A stretch of DNA of 64,000 bases from Winogradskyella sp. (GCF_028289625.1 NZ_JANQOM010000053.1:2023-66022); one strand, 5' to 3'. Numbered from the stretch's first letter, positions 36,136 through 47,448 are shown. The notes: generated from the sequence alone by a model not told the origin. Numbers and translations are program-made.

Positions 36136-37284
36136 ATGACCGTAAATTCCATGAATACCCAAACCAAACTAAACACTATTGAAGAGGCTATTGAAGATAT
36201 TCGTCAAGGTAAAGTGATTATTGTCGTGGATGATGAAAATCGTGAAAATGAAGGCGACTTCTTAGCTGCAGCCGAAAAAGTGACTCCAGAGATGATCAAT
36301 TTTATGGCTACGCATGGTAGAGGTTTAATCTGTACTCCACTTACCGAGCATCGTTGTGAAGAATTAGAACTCAATATGATGGTAAGGAACAATACGGATC
36401 CCATGGAAACGGCTTTTACAGTTTCAGTAGATTTAAGGGGAAATGGTGTAAGCACTGGTATTTCTGCCAGTGATAGGGCAAAAACAGTAAAAGCACTAGT
36501 TAATAGAGATACCAAAGCTTTTGAACTGGCAAGACCTGGTCATATTTTTCCTTTGGTAGCCAAAGAAGGTGGTGTCCTAAGACGTACAGGCCATACGGAA
36601 GCGGCTATCGATTTTGCTCGTTTGGCTGGTTTTGAACCAGCAGGTGTTATAGTGGAAATAATGAATGAGGACGGTACCATGGCGCGCTTACCAGAACTTA
36701 TGGAAGTAGCCGAAAGGTTTGATTTAAAAATTGTATCCATCGAAGACCTTGTTGCTTATCGTATGGAGTACGATTCTTTAATTGAGAAAAAAGAAGACTT
36801 TGATGTTGAAACACGCTTTGGAAAGTTTAGATTAAGAGCGTATCTACAGACTACTAATAATCAGGTTCACATTGCTTTGACTAAAGGAACTTGGACATCT
36901 GATGAAACCGTATTGACAAGGGTAAATGCCACTTTGGTTAATAATGATATACTAGGTACACTGACCAATAATGCTGATAAGAAGTTAGATGATATGTTTA
37001 ATGCCATCAATTCTGAAGGAAAAGGAGCCCTAATTTTTATAAATCAGCAAGCCCAATCGATGAATCTTCTCTCACGCCTAACGGTCTTAAAAGAAAATCA
37101 GGTAGAGGGCAAATTAGTAAAAGCGCCAAGAATTCCTATGGATAGTAAAGACTTTGGTATTGGTGCCCAAATACTTCACGACTTAAAAATAAGTAAGCTT
37201 AGATTGATGTCTAATAGCCTACAAACCAAACGCGTTGGTATGATTGGTTATGGCTTGGAAATTGTGGACTACGTTAATTACTAA
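36136..37284 (+). CDS. ribBA: bifunctional 3,4-dihydroxy-2-butanone-4-phosphate synthase / GTP cyclohydrolase II-like
   Basis: DHBP synthase motifs (VVDDENRENEGD, RRTGHTEA), then a RibA-like C-terminal half. Confidence 0.93.
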   Translation: MTVNSMNTQTKLNTIEEAIEDIRQGKVIIVVDDENRENEGDFLAAAEKVTPEMINFMATHGRGLICTPLTEHRCEELELNMMVRNNTDPMETAFTVSVDLRGNGVSTGISASDRAKTVKALVNRDTKAFELARPGHIFPLVAKEGGVLRRTGHTEAAIDFARLAGFEPAGVIVEIMNEDGTMARLPELMEVAERFDLKIVSIEDLVAYRMEYDSLIEKKEDFDVETRFGKFRLRAYLQTTNNQVHIALTKGTWTSDETVLTRVNATLVNNDILGTLTNNADKKLDDMFNAINSEGKGALIFINQQAQSMNLLSRLTVLKENQVEGKLVKAPRIPMDSKDFGIGAQILHDLKISKLRLMSNSLQTKRVGMIGYGLEIVDYVNY

Positions 37285-38810
37285 TCGATTAATATCCGTT
37301 TACTTACCGAACGATTTTCTGAATTAATTTTTAATATATAAATACCAGAAGTTAAATTACCAATATCAATTTTTTTGGTACTCCTTTTACTTTTAATCAT
37401 AAGTTGGCCTAAAGTATTGTAAAGCTCTATATAGTCTATTGGTTCATCTGTTTTTATATTGATATAATCTGATGTTGGATTAGGGTATATATTAAATTTA
37501 TCTTCAAGAACCTCATCAGTTCCCAAATTATTTTGATAAACACGTACATAATCTATAACCATAGCACTTTCAGTAAAACTAGAATCTATAGTACCTGCAA
37601 AACCACCCATGGCCACATTCAATATTAAATACTGTTCTAAATCAAATGGCCAAGTATCAGCATCCTTAACAGCAGGATTATAGGTATAATACCCAACATC
37701 GTCTATCATAAAGGTTATTTGGTTGGGTGACCAATTCATGGAATAGACATGAAAATCATTAGCTACATCTGCCAATGGAAAGGTTTCGGTATTTACGGTA
37801 TTACCAAAACTAGAAGGTGTATGTATGGCACAACTCACTTCATTAGTAGCATGTAAGCCATGCTCCATAACATCCAATTCGCCGCAAGCAGGCCAAGTTG
37901 TAGTACCAAAACCTTGAGTTTGCCAATAAGCACCAGTCTCATTAATATTTTTACCAAGTGTCCATATAGCAGGCCAAGTACCATTACCTGCTGGTAATTT
38001 TGCCCTAACATCTACCCTGCCATACGTAAAGGCAAACTTAGAATTTAACCTTGCTGAAGTATAATTTAAGGTCACTCCATCTTGGGTTAAGTTTTCGTTC
38101 TTAGCCACTATGTTTAAGAAGCCATTTTCTACAAATGAATTATCCAAACGATCCGTATAGTGCTGCTCTTCTCCATTAAACCACTGGCCTCCATTTGGTC
38201 CAAATGTTTGATGATACCACTTTGTCCCATCAACTACTTCTGGAATAGAGCTGTCAAACTCATCAGACCACACCAAATCTGTATAAATCACATCGAGTTC
38301 ATGAGGGTCACTTGCAGCAGAACCGTTATTAATATCATCTATACGAAATGCACCTGGTATGTTGCTTCCATCATCTATTCTAATCACCAACCTGCTGTAC
38401 GTGCCACTTCCACCAACCGTTGAAAAATCAAAAGTGAGGTTTGACCAATTATTTTGATTTGATGGTACGGCAACACTAACCTCTACGTCGGGATTTGTAC
38501 CATTCTCTAATTTAACAACAACCATATGAGTATTTGGGTCAAAGGCATAGAATCGCATTGTAATTTCATCCTCTGTATCTAAATCAATTGGTTGGGATAA
38601 ATCAATATAATGGCCTTGTTCGGATGTAGAACCTGAGCGGAAAAACTCTCCTGTAGGATTATTGGAATCTGTTGGAGATGGTACAATAGTGAATGTACTG
38701 CCGCCCCAAACATTAAAATTATGCGAACTGTCTGAGAAATCGATTGGCATCTGCTGTGAAAACAACAAACTTATTGAGAAAAAAAATATTAGCAGGTAAT
38801 TTAACTTCAT
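37281..38810 (-). CDS. GH16 family beta-glucanase (laminarinase-like) with N-terminal CBM-like domain and T9SS C-terminal sorting domain
   Basis: 509 aa with a signal peptide, GH16 catalytic motif ELDVME and a C-terminal YPNPTSDYINI...GIYILKI Por/T9SS tail. Confidence 0.85.
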   Translation of the reverse strand: MKLNYLLIFFFSISLLFSQQMPIDFSDSSHNFNVWGGSTFTIVPSPTDSNNPTGEFFRSGSTSEQGHYIDLSQPIDLDTEDEITMRFYAFDPNTHMVVVKLENGTNPDVEVSVAVPSNQNNWSNLTFDFSTVGGSGTYSRLVIRIDDGSNIPGAFRIDDINNGSAASDPHELDVIYTDLVWSDEFDSSIPEVVDGTKWYHQTFGPNGGQWFNGEEQHYTDRLDNSFVENGFLNIVAKNENLTQDGVTLNYTSARLNSKFAFTYGRVDVRAKLPAGNGTWPAIWTLGKNINETGAYWQTQGFGTTTWPACGELDVMEHGLHATNEVSCAIHTPSSFGNTVNTETFPLADVANDFHVYSMNWSPNQITFMIDDVGYYTYNPAVKDADTWPFDLEQYLILNVAMGGFAGTIDSSFTESAMVIDYVRVYQNNLGTDEVLEDKFNIYPNPTSDYINIKTDEPIDYIELYNTLGQLMIKSKRSTKKIDIGNLTSGIYILKINSENRSVSKRILID

Positions 38811-38890
38811 AGAATCTATTTTTGTCTAAAAATAGAAATACTATAAACTAATCACTAGAAATTGACCTATACAAAAACTGTACAGACGAG

Positions 38891-41800
38891 CTATTTAAAT
38901 CCTATATACTCATCTTGAGCATCGAGAATTTCCTTAACATAAGCTTTGTACTCAGGGTAATCTTCTGGGGATATATCTTCTATTGAAGTGTTACATCTAA
39001 TTGAAACTTTCAACTGACTTGGCTTAGGCTTATCATAAGTAATATTGTAAAAATGATTTTTGAATGAAAAAGCCTTACTCTCTGGTATTTCAACGAAAGA
39101 CTTATCGCCCTCTAAATCAATAATGTAATCTGTTGTATAGATGTCCACATACTCATATTGAATATAATCGATTGGAAAATTTCGTTTTTCAAGCTGAATA
39201 ATTGAGCTTTCATAGGGATGTGTAATAATAGGTAACTGTAAAATTTTAATTGAACCTATACTATTTAATTTCTTATTGATTGTTAAATCAGACGTATATG
39301 AAATCATTTTATCATCATTCTTATTATCTATTTGAGACACATCATTTAATGTAAAATCATCGAATATTTTACCTTTATAATCATCCAAAATAGATTTTTT
39401 AATCACCTCAGGATTGGGTTCATCAAATACTTGATTATAGTAAGATGCATTATGTCCTTTAACCTTAGACGTTATAAGCAGATTCATATTTTTTTCTGTA
39501 ACCCCAACAACTACTATATTATTAATCTCCGATTTATCCCTAGCAATATTGTCTAAATGAAATAATTCATATTGTATTTTAGCTTCTTGGGAATCAAATG
39601 GTATTTCTAGTGCCGTTGCTCCACGCAAACTCGTAGGAAGTGATTTATAAGGTAAGTATTTATCCGTCAATTCTAAAAACTGTTCTTTGCCATCAATGAT
39701 GACCTTGACGATGCAATGATTAAAATTGGTACTCGGTAAAACCATATCATTTCTTCCGTAATCAGATGTAAGTATTAATACAAGATTTGACTTTAAATCT
39801 GCCATTTTGGCCAGAGTGGTAAATAATGTTGAAAAATCCTTACAATCCCCCAATTTGGTATTTATGGTTTTTGAGGGCTTTTGCGGTATAAAACCACTTT
39901 GCCTAAAGTTGACATAGCTATAATTAAAGTCCGAAGTCACATAATTATAAATAATTTTGGCTCTTTCATCTTCACTCAAATTTTTATGGCCATTGGGAAA
40001 CAATTTCTTAAACTCAGATTTAACCAAATCATTAACCTCTATTCTAGAACGTACCAAATCAGAATACCATTCCGAAACTTCATTCCAATCATTGATTGTG
40101 CTAAAATGCAAGTACCCCACTTCATCGACAGAGTTTGGCATATAGTCCTCTGCAAAAGGTAGCGTAGTCGGACTATCTAATTCCCATTGATAAAGCGTAT
40201 ATTCTTTTCTCTTATCAATCTTAGGTCGCAAATCACCATTGACAAACTTATAGTTGAGCTTTCGAGAATTTGGAATTAAAACTTTTGCCGAAGACTTTAC
40301 AATAGGGTGAAAAGAGAAAAATTGATACTTATCGGAAATATCCTTATAGAAATGGCCTGTGGTTGACGTAGTTCCTTCATAATCAATATAGACGATATCA
40401 CCTAAACTTATATCTGTAAAAACAAGACTTGAACCGCTTTTGTCCGCAGGCACAATATTGCCATTTGGTTTAATGAGTTCTGATTTTGTAATAGTATAAG
40501 ATCCCGTTAGACCCAAGTTGTATTCTTTAAATGTATCTATACCACTATTTGATGTAATCTCATAAATATAGATGTAGCGATACTTAAAACCTCCCTCTTT
40601 ATAAATTTCGATATAACTATCATCCAGAAGAATATTAAATCCATAATTATTGGATTTAATTTTGTTTCTGTTCACCTTTACAAAACCATAAACATCGTCC
40701 AAAACCAATTCTTTTATATTATCAGGTTTATTGGATAAATCCGAAATCTTTTTTCTTAAACCAGAATCGCCACTATTATGCGTCAAAGCCTTTTTGTAAT
40801 ATTTTAAGGCTTCATTAGGCTGGTCTAATTGTCTTAGTATATCTCCTTTAAATTCCATGGCGACAAAACTGTAAGGGAAGTTTTCCAATAACTGATTGGC
40901 ATAGGGCAATGCCTCTTTATACCTTTGATATTCAATCAGTTTATTTACTATTCTTTTAACATAAGCGTTATTTGACTTCAAATCGTCATAGTATTTTGTG
41001 ATCAGTCCAATACATTTTTCCTTTTCATTTCTATCTTCGTAATATCTTAATAACTTATTTTCAGCCTCCATAGAGAAGGTTCTAGAAATCATCATCTCAA
41101 GCAACTCAATAGTTTTATCCTGATCTTGAAATACTTGGTCATAAAGGGAGATAAATGTGAGGTCAAAACTATTATTTCCGGCAGAGTTTTCATGAATAGC
41201 ATCTAGTGCTTTACGAAGCTCAACAAGATTCTCCTTTCTAGCATAATAAAAGAAGTCCGCAGAAGCATGAAAAAGTTTGGAGTCAAAGGCCTTTTTTAGC
41301 TTATTAATATAGTCCTCAAAATCGGTCATGCTCATTCTGAGCAAGTCATTATAATTCGCCAACTTATTAAGTATTGGTAAATAATAATCAGGGTCGTCTC
41401 TTTCTATATTCTCATTTAATTCATTTATGGAGGTATCATCATTTTCAAGGTTATAGGTGGTTATTAGTGCCTTTCTCAAAAATGAACTTTCTGGGTACTT
41501 TTCATAATATGGCATAATTACAGCTCTTGCCTCATTATATCTTGAATTCCTTATATAGGTGTTGAAAAGAGCATAATGATAGAAAAAGTTCTCTTTATTT
41601 TTTTTAACTTTTTCTTTAAAATATAATTCAAAGTCATTCTCTTTAAACTCTGGCGACAGCGCTTGCAAATTCGAAGTATTATATTTGACAGGTTTACTAG
41701 AAATATTCAAACCCTTAATCGGCATTTTTAATTCATCGAAAACAGAAATTAAAAAATAGGAAGAAGAGTTGCTTTCGGCATTTTTAATAACTAAACGATT

Positions 41801-42643
41801 TGTGCCCTTCGGTAAATTTACCTTTAATTCGTACCCACTAAGATCTGTGCTAACATCTTTATCATTTTTAAAAATCTCGATATCATTCAAGAATATCTTA
41901 AATGCAGATCCACTTCCTATCCGTAAAATTACTCGTTGATCTACTGGAGATGTTATGAACGTTTGAGCATAATGTACTCCTGACCCATACTCAGCGTGAT
42001 TTTCAAAAAATTGATAGGCTTGTCCCTTGCTTACTTTATCATACCATTTTAATGATCCATTACTCCTAGCGTCAAAAATCACATCATCGTCCGATTGCAC
42101 TTCAGGTTTGTAGAACTTGTCAATCCCACTTTCATTTAAGTTTTCGAAAACACCACAATATTGCCAATCGTTGATACTATTTATTTTTTCGTTATCTGCA
42201 TAGTACGATTCCCAGTCATTGAGATGACGCTTTACAACGGATTGCATATAGATTAATGCATCTTTTAAATCAACGTTTGTCACCCTATCTGGGGTTATAT
42301 GATTTATGAGTTTAACATTTTGATTATTAAAACCGTTACTTATATAATCATCAAATATGAATGGATTACCCCAAAAAGCATATAAGAAATATTCAAAATC
42401 TTCCTGCTCTAAAAACTGCTCTACAAAACTCTCATTTCGCTCTAGCTTTCCTGCTTCTATTCTAGAAACTTCATTTAAAACCAGCCACTCGATGGTATTC
42501 TCTTCTTCTTCGTGAAGAATTTTAACGGCTTCCTCACGATTGTTTTTTAGGAGGTTATCCCAAAACGTATCATAGCTATTTTGAGCATTCGAATAAAAAA
42601 TTGTGAGCAAAAAAATAAATAGGAAAAAATGTGATTTTTTCAT
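38891..42643 (-). CDS. large secreted protein with TPR repeats and a transglutaminase-like cysteine protease core (DUF3857/DUF3858-type architecture)
   Basis: 1250 aa with a signal peptide, TPR-like helical repeats in the middle and a GDCKDFSTLF transglutaminase-core Cys motif. Confidence 0.7.
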   Translation of the reverse strand: MKKSHFFLFIFLLTIFYSNAQNSYDTFWDNLLKNNREEAVKILHEEEENTIEWLVLNEVSRIEAGKLERNESFVEQFLEQEDFEYFLYAFWGNPFIFDDYISNGFNNQNVKLINHITPDRVTNVDLKDALIYMQSVVKRHLNDWESYYADNEKINSINDWQYCGVFENLNESGIDKFYKPEVQSDDDVIFDARSNGSLKWYDKVSKGQAYQFFENHAEYGSGVHYAQTFITSPVDQRVILRIGSGSAFKIFLNDIEIFKNDKDVSTDLSGYELKVNLPKGTNRLVIKNAESNSSSYFLISVFDELKMPIKGLNISSKPVKYNTSNLQALSPEFKENDFELYFKEKVKKNKENFFYHYALFNTYIRNSRYNEARAVIMPYYEKYPESSFLRKALITTYNLENDDTSINELNENIERDDPDYYLPILNKLANYNDLLRMSMTDFEDYINKLKKAFDSKLFHASADFFYYARKENLVELRKALDAIHENSAGNNSFDLTFISLYDQVFQDQDKTIELLEMMISRTFSMEAENKLLRYYEDRNEKEKCIGLITKYYDDLKSNNAYVKRIVNKLIEYQRYKEALPYANQLLENFPYSFVAMEFKGDILRQLDQPNEALKYYKKALTHNSGDSGLRKKISDLSNKPDNIKELVLDDVYGFVKVNRNKIKSNNYGFNILLDDSYIEIYKEGGFKYRYIYIYEITSNSGIDTFKEYNLGLTGSYTITKSELIKPNGNIVPADKSGSSLVFTDISLGDIVYIDYEGTTSTTGHFYKDISDKYQFFSFHPIVKSSAKVLIPNSRKLNYKFVNGDLRPKIDKRKEYTLYQWELDSPTTLPFAEDYMPNSVDEVGYLHFSTINDWNEVSEWYSDLVRSRIEVNDLVKSEFKKLFPNGHKNLSEDERAKIIYNYVTSDFNYSYVNFRQSGFIPQKPSKTINTKLGDCKDFSTLFTTLAKMADLKSNLVLILTSDYGRNDMVLPSTNFNHCIVKVIIDGKEQFLELTDKYLPYKSLPTSLRGATALEIPFDSQEAKIQYELFHLDNIARDKSEINNIVVVGVTEKNMNLLITSKVKGHNASYYNQVFDEPNPEVIKKSILDDYKGKIFDDFTLNDVSQIDNKNDDKMISYTSDLTINKKLNSIGSIKILQLPIITHPYESSIIQLEKRNFPIDYIQYEYVDIYTTDYIIDLEGDKSFVEIPESKAFSFKNHFYNITYDKPKPSQLKVSIRCNTSIEDISPEDYPEYKAYVKEILDAQDEYIGFK

Positions 42644-42661
42644 TGAGAAGAGAGTTTGAAA

Positions 42662-43852
42662 TTAAATTGATTGTATGATACTTACCATGCTTTCAGCTCT
42701 TGTTTTAACTTCCTCAGTTGTCCAAGATAATTTAATCAAACAAGAGATATTTCTGGAGATATAAGCATCTGATTGTTCAAAAGTCTTTGTGTCAAGGTAT
42801 CGCAATCCATCTTTGACTTCTTTTGAAATAGGAAATAAAGATTTCAACTCTTTAAGGTGATCCCACTTTCTTATGTAATGCCAATTATTATCGTAATAGT
42901 GAAAACATCCATCGATACCATTATCCTTAAAAGCTTCGGAAACTTTTCTAGTTGTATCTAAATCAGGTAAGAAAAAATTTAAAAACGCATAGCTTTCTGT
43001 ACCACCTTCAGGCACCCTCCTAAATTCAACTTCTGCAATTTGAGAAAGTGCTTCTCTAATGATTGTATAGTTTCTCCTTTGAATTTCGATAAACTCTGGC
43101 AATCTCTTAACTTGAGCCAAACCAACAGCAGCATTTAACTCAGATATTCTAAAATTATATCCTAAAAAAGGATGGGTTTCTGCACCACGATCATGACCTA
43201 CATGATCATGGCCATGGTCTGAATAATGATCTGCGTTTATATAATAGTCCTCATTATTGGTGACAACAGCTCCACCTTCACCACAGGTAATGGTTTTTAC
43301 AAAATCGAAAGAAAAACAGCCTACATCGGCAATGCTTCCTAAAGGTTGTCCTTTATAGCTTCCGCCTATGGCCTGACAAGCATCTTCAACGAATATCAAA
43401 TCGTATTTATCGCAAACTGAACGTAAAGCATCCATATCACCCATACTCCCACACATCTGCACGATCATTACAGCCTTAGTTTTTGAGGTCACAGCCTCCT
43501 CTACAGCCTTAGGGTCTAAAGTCAACGTGTCGTCTATATCCACTAAAACCGGAACGGCACCCAGCATCATAATAGCTTCAAAACTCGCCACAAAGGTAAA
43601 TGTTGGCATTATAACCTCATCACCTGCTCCAACACCAGCGGAAGCCAATGCTACTGTTACGGCTGCTGTACCACTAGACACCAATTGCACATGCTTAGAA
43701 TTAAATGCTTTAGTAAGTTCTACTTCAAGTTCTTTAGCTTTCCAATGCCCTTTGCGCATACCATCAAATCCATAACGCATTAAAACACCATTGTCTAACA
43801 CATCATTAACTTCTTTTCGTTCTAAATCACCGAATAATTCGAATCCTGGCAT
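42662..43852 (-). CDS. DegT/DnrJ/EryC1/StrS family PLP-dependent aminotransferase
   Basis: 396 aa. SSGTAAV, DACQAIG and FSFDFVKTITCGEGG (PLP Lys) motifs. Confidence 0.9.
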   Translation of the reverse strand: MPGFELFGDLERKEVNDVLDNGVLMRYGFDGMRKGHWKAKELEVELTKAFNSKHVQLVSSGTAAVTVALASAGVGAGDEVIMPTFTFVASFEAIMMLGAVPVLVDIDDTLTLDPKAVEEAVTSKTKAVMIVQMCGSMGDMDALRSVCDKYDLIFVEDACQAIGGSYKGQPLGSIADVGCFSFDFVKTITCGEGGAVVTNNEDYYINADHYSDHGHDHVGHDRGAETHPFLGYNFRISELNAAVGLAQVKRLPEFIEIQRRNYTIIREALSQIAEVEFRRVPEGGTESYAFLNFFLPDLDTTRKVSEAFKDNGIDGCFHYYDNNWHYIRKWDHLKELKSLFPISKEVKDGLRYLDTKTFEQSDAYISRNISCLIKLSWTTEEVKTRAESMVSIIQSI

Positions 43853-43916
43853 AAGTTTATACAGTTATATTCTTACAACAAATATAGCTTTTTGTAGACT
43901 TTTTAAGAGGGTTTAT

Positions 43917-44546
43917 TTATAATTCTACTATAGTTTCAGATAAAGATTTTCTTACTTTTTTTAAATCCGCAAACATATCATCTTCTGCTCTGTAACCAAC
44001 TGGAAACATTAAAACAGAACTCAATCCATATTGGTCTAAATTTAGAGCCTTATCAATTTCTTCAGGAATAAATCCCTCCATAGGGCAGCCATCTATGCCT
44101 TCAACGGCACAAACAGTCATAAGATTGCCAAGGGCGATATAAGCTTGCCTTGTCGCCCAATCGATCTTTTTGTCATAGGGCATTTCGTTTATTGTGGTTT
44201 TCAAACCCTGCTTAAAAGGCTCTAATACGGCATCTGGTGTATTTCGTATTTCTTTAACGGTGTTAAAATGTACATCAACATCAACTTCATCGATATTGTC
44301 TTGAATACAGAGAATTAGGAGATGTGAAGCATCAGCTACTTGCTGCTGACCAAATGAGTGCTCTACCAATTTTTTACGTTTTTCCCTATCTTCTACTATG
44401 ACCATTTTTAATGTCTGTAGTCCATAGGATAAAGCGGTAAGATTAAAAGCTTCCTTTAAAGTCTGAATTTGTTCTTTTGACAGAACTTTTGTAGCATCAA
44501 ATTTCTTAGTAGCATAGCGCCACTTTAATTTTTCTAAAATAGACAT
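43917..44546 (-). CDS. NAD(P)H nitroreductase family protein
   Basis: ORF trimmed to the internal ATG (MSILEKLKWRYATKKF), the typical nitroreductase N-terminus. Confidence 0.8.
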   Translation of the reverse strand: MSILEKLKWRYATKKFDATKVLSKEQIQTLKEAFNLTALSYGLQTLKMVIVEDREKRKKLVEHSFGQQQVADASHLLILCIQDNIDEVDVDVHFNTVKEIRNTPDAVLEPFKQGLKTTINEMPYDKKIDWATRQAYIALGNLMTVCAVEGIDGCPMEGFIPEEIDKALNLDQYGLSSVLMFPVGYRAEDDMFADLKKVRKSLSETIVEL

Positions 44547-44749
44547 AGAATTTTTTTTGCAAAGATAATTAATAAGAAAAAGTTTTATAACAAAAAAACA
44601 CTTCACCTTTTCTGTGAAGCGTGTTTTGGATGAGAATGAAGAGGGATTATATATCCTAAATGGTTATCCTAGACAAACATAAATCCACACAACGCTTTGC
44701 GCAGTTGGTTTTCCATTTTCATTCGCCTTCAAAAGCAAGTCTTTGTCAG

Positions 44750-44788
44750 TTCCAAAAATACAAAACCCAAAACTTTCGTTTCGGGTTT
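44750..44788 (-). terminator. terminator hairpin after tRNA-Ser
   Basis: Minus strand AAACCCGAAAC, loop GAAA, GTTTTGGGTTT, followed by a T-rich run. Confidence 0.55.
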
Positions 44789-44794
44789 CTTTTG

Positions 44795-44879
44795 CGGAGA
44801 AAGAGGGATTCGAACCCCCGGAGGTGTGACCCTCGCTGGTTTTCAAGACCAGTGCATTCGACCACTCTGCCATTTCTCC
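44795..44879 (-). tRNA. tRNA-Ser (anticodon UGA)
   Basis: Hand-folded cloverleaf. Acceptor GGAGAAA/TTTCTCC, anticodon stem CTGGT/ACCAG with loop CTTGAAA, long variable arm, T-loop TTCGAAT, discriminator G. CCA is not encoded. Confidence 0.9.
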
Positions 44880-44925
44880 GATTGCATACCAGCCCAACAA
44901 AAATGCTTTACCGTTCTGGCGGGTG

Positions 44926-44933
44926 CAAATATA
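44926..44933 (-). promoter_or_regulatory. -7 box (TATATTTG on minus strand) upstream of tRNA-Ser
   Basis: Matches TAnnTTTG about 45 nt upstream of the mature tRNA 5' end. Confidence 0.4.
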
Positions 44934-45085
44934 AAACCCTTTTTGATGTTGCCAAAGGGTTTTTTTAGTTTTTTCAATTTAATGATGGTCATTGATTTTA
45001 AATAAAATTAGCAACATTAAATTAAGGATTGTATTTTCGGCACAATATATGTTATTAAAAACGTTATCATCACAAATCCATCTTT

Positions 45086-45868
45086 ATGAAACATTATGCA
45101 TTACTTGTAGTCGTTTTTTTAAGTGCGCTTAGCCTTGCGCAGAATAAAACAATAGCTATTGGTGAAAAACTGGTTTATGCAGCGTCTTACAATATGTCGG
45201 GATTGCTGACAGATATTGCACAGGTAAAAATGGAAACTAGTGAGGTTAAAACATCCAAGAGCTCTTTAATGCGTTTAAAATGTACTGCAACTACCTATAA
45301 GGATTGGGATGGTTTTTTTAAGATTAGGGATTTATACGAGAGTTATGTCAATCCAAAGACCTTAACACCATTTCTCTATAAGAGAGACATAAGTGAGGGT
45401 GGTTATTATAAATTTATGCAGTACAAGTATAACCATAAAGCCAAATTGGTAAATAGTTTAAAGCGTAAAAAAAGAAAAGACGGGACGACTTGGGACGAGA
45501 AGAAAAGTGTGAAAATCAAACCTGCAACTAAAGATTTAGTTAGTACTCTTTACTACATTAGGAACTTAGATATACATAAAGCTAGCCCTGGAGATCAGCA
45601 AAATTTTACGGTGCTGTTTGATAACGAAGAACATATAATCACATTAAAATATATAGGTAAAGAGACGATCTCTACAAAGCTAGGAAGAAAAGAATGCTAT
45701 AAATTGGCTATAGTAGCCATAAAAGGAAGTGATCTTCTGAAAGGTAAAAATGACAACTTGCTTTGGCTGACTGCAGACGCAAATAAAATTCCGGTTTATG
45801 CTAAGTTTAAAATTCCTGTCGGAAATGGAGAGTTAAAGATTCAATCTGCTTCGGGTCTAAGAAATTAG
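45086..45868 (+). CDS. DUF3108-like secreted protein
   Basis: 260 aa with a signal peptide (LSLAQ). Beta-rich. Family assignment is from memory only. Confidence 0.55.
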   Translation: MKHYALLVVVFLSALSLAQNKTIAIGEKLVYAASYNMSGLLTDIAQVKMETSEVKTSKSSLMRLKCTATTYKDWDGFFKIRDLYESYVNPKTLTPFLYKRDISEGGYYKFMQYKYNHKAKLVNSLKRKKRKDGTTWDEKKSVKIKPATKDLVSTLYYIRNLDIHKASPGDQQNFTVLFDNEEHIITLKYIGKETISTKLGRKECYKLAIVAIKGSDLLKGKNDNLLWLTADANKIPVYAKFKIPVGNGELKIQSASGLRN

Positions 45869-45899
45869 TTTAAAATACGTTAGTAAAAAACACATCAGA

Positions 45900-46238
45900 A
45901 TGATTAAAAAACTATTCATCATTTTAGGTTTTATAGCGGCAATTTTAGCTGTTATTTTAGCAGTTACTCCGCTTTCGAATTTGGCGATAGCTCCGATTAT
46001 TGTGGCATTTATAAGTGGATTGGTAATACTCTTGGTCTCAAAAAAAGAGAAAACCAAAACTAAAACCATCCAATATATTTTTCTGATGGTCATAATAGCT
46101 TTGTTTTTAACTATTTATAAAGGCATCTACGCTACTTCAGAAATTGGTAATACTGAACAACTAGAGCAACGCGATGAGGAAAACCTTGAAGATTCTAAAG
46201 AAATCTTAGAAGACATTGAGTTTGATGAAGATTTATAG
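45900..46238 (+). CDS. small membrane protein with acidic C-terminal tail
   Basis: 112 aa with three TM helices and an E/D-rich tail. Confidence 0.5.
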   Translation: MIKKLFIILGFIAAILAVILAVTPLSNLAIAPIIVAFISGLVILLVSKKEKTKTKTIQYIFLMVIIALFLTIYKGIYATSEIGNTEQLEQRDEENLEDSKEILEDIEFDEDL

Positions 46239-46305
46239 AATTTCGTTACTTACCTAAAAAATATTTGATGCTTTTAACTTATTTTTGCGCAAATCAAATA
46301 GTTAC

Positions 46306-47337
46306 ATGAAATTTTTAATTGCCTCAGCTCTAGTCCTTGTCGGTTCTTGTTCAACAATTCGACATAGTGAAAAGATAGATAATTTAAAGGAAAGCATATC
46401 CTATGATAATGCAAATACGGTTGAGCAATATTTAAGTACTATTAACTCAGAGCAACTGAGAACTTACGTCGAAGAAATATCCTCTGATAAATATGAAGGA
46501 CGCATGACTGGTGAGAAAGGTCATGATAACGTTTGTGACTACATTAGAAATTATTATAAATCACTTAATATTAAGGCGCCAGAATCGCATTCAAATTATT
46601 ATCAAAAGGTGCCCAAAAAGGCTTTACCAGAGAATATAAACGATTCACAAAATGTTATTGCTTATATAGAAGGTTCAGAATTTCCTGATGAATACATTTA
46701 TATAGCCGCTCATTCCGATCACGAAGGTATCATTGACGGTGAAATATATTCAGGAGCTGATGATAACGGTTCTGGTACAGCAGCTATATTTGAGATGGCA
46801 GAAGCCTTTAAAATGGCGTCAAATGACGGAAATGGCCCTAAGCGAAGCATTGTTTTTTTGCATGTTACTGCCGAAGAGGTAGGACTGCATGGTTCTCGCT
46901 ATTATACCGACAATCCAATCTTTCCTTTAGAAAATACCATTAGCACCATAAATATAGATATGATTGGCCGTGTTGATGAACGTCACAAAGACAATGAAGA
47001 TTACATCTATGTTATTGGTGCAGATCGCATAAGTACTGAGCTCCATTACATAATACAAGAAGCAAATTCTAATTTTGTAAACTTAGATTTAGACTATAAG
47101 TACAATGAGGATAGTGACCCAAACCGCTATTTCTACAGATCGGACCATTACAATTTTGCCGTAAAGGACATTCCTGTTGTTTTCTTTTTTAACGGTGAAC
47201 ACGAAGATTATACAAAGCCTACCGATACGGCAGACAAAATCAATTATCTACTTCTGGAAAAACGAACAAAGCTAATCTTTGCTACGGTATGGTATTTGGC
47301 TTATTCCCCCACTCCATTAAATCCAGAAATCATTTAG
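46306..47337 (+). CDS. M28-family zinc aminopeptidase lipoprotein
   Basis: ORF trimmed to the ATG at 46306 (signal LVGSCS). AHSDHEG, GADDNGSGTA, EEVGLHGS and RSDHYNF metal-ligand motifs. Confidence 0.85.
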   Translation: MKFLIASALVLVGSCSTIRHSEKIDNLKESISYDNANTVEQYLSTINSEQLRTYVEEISSDKYEGRMTGEKGHDNVCDYIRNYYKSLNIKAPESHSNYYQKVPKKALPENINDSQNVIAYIEGSEFPDEYIYIAAHSDHEGIIDGEIYSGADDNGSGTAAIFEMAEAFKMASNDGNGPKRSIVFLHVTAEEVGLHGSRYYTDNPIFPLENTISTINIDMIGRVDERHKDNEDYIYVIGADRISTELHYIIQEANSNFVNLDLDYKYNEDSDPNRYFYRSDHYNFAVKDIPVVFFFNGEHEDYTKPTDTADKINYLLLEKRTKLIFATVWYLAYSPTPLNPEII

Positions 47338-47448
47338 TGTTAAAGTTTATTAAAAGCTAAGAAGCTTATAATTTTCAGCTTTTGATTTTTCGTATTTTTG
47401 GTAGCTTACTTAAGCTAAAATTATAGCTTATAAACTAAAAATTTTCAA

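Noticed and set aside
44660-45005. Three overlapping ORFs (44660..44968 +, 44697..45005 +, 44664..44900 -)
   Set aside because: They overlap the tRNA-Ser gene and its flanks. No coding features are visible.
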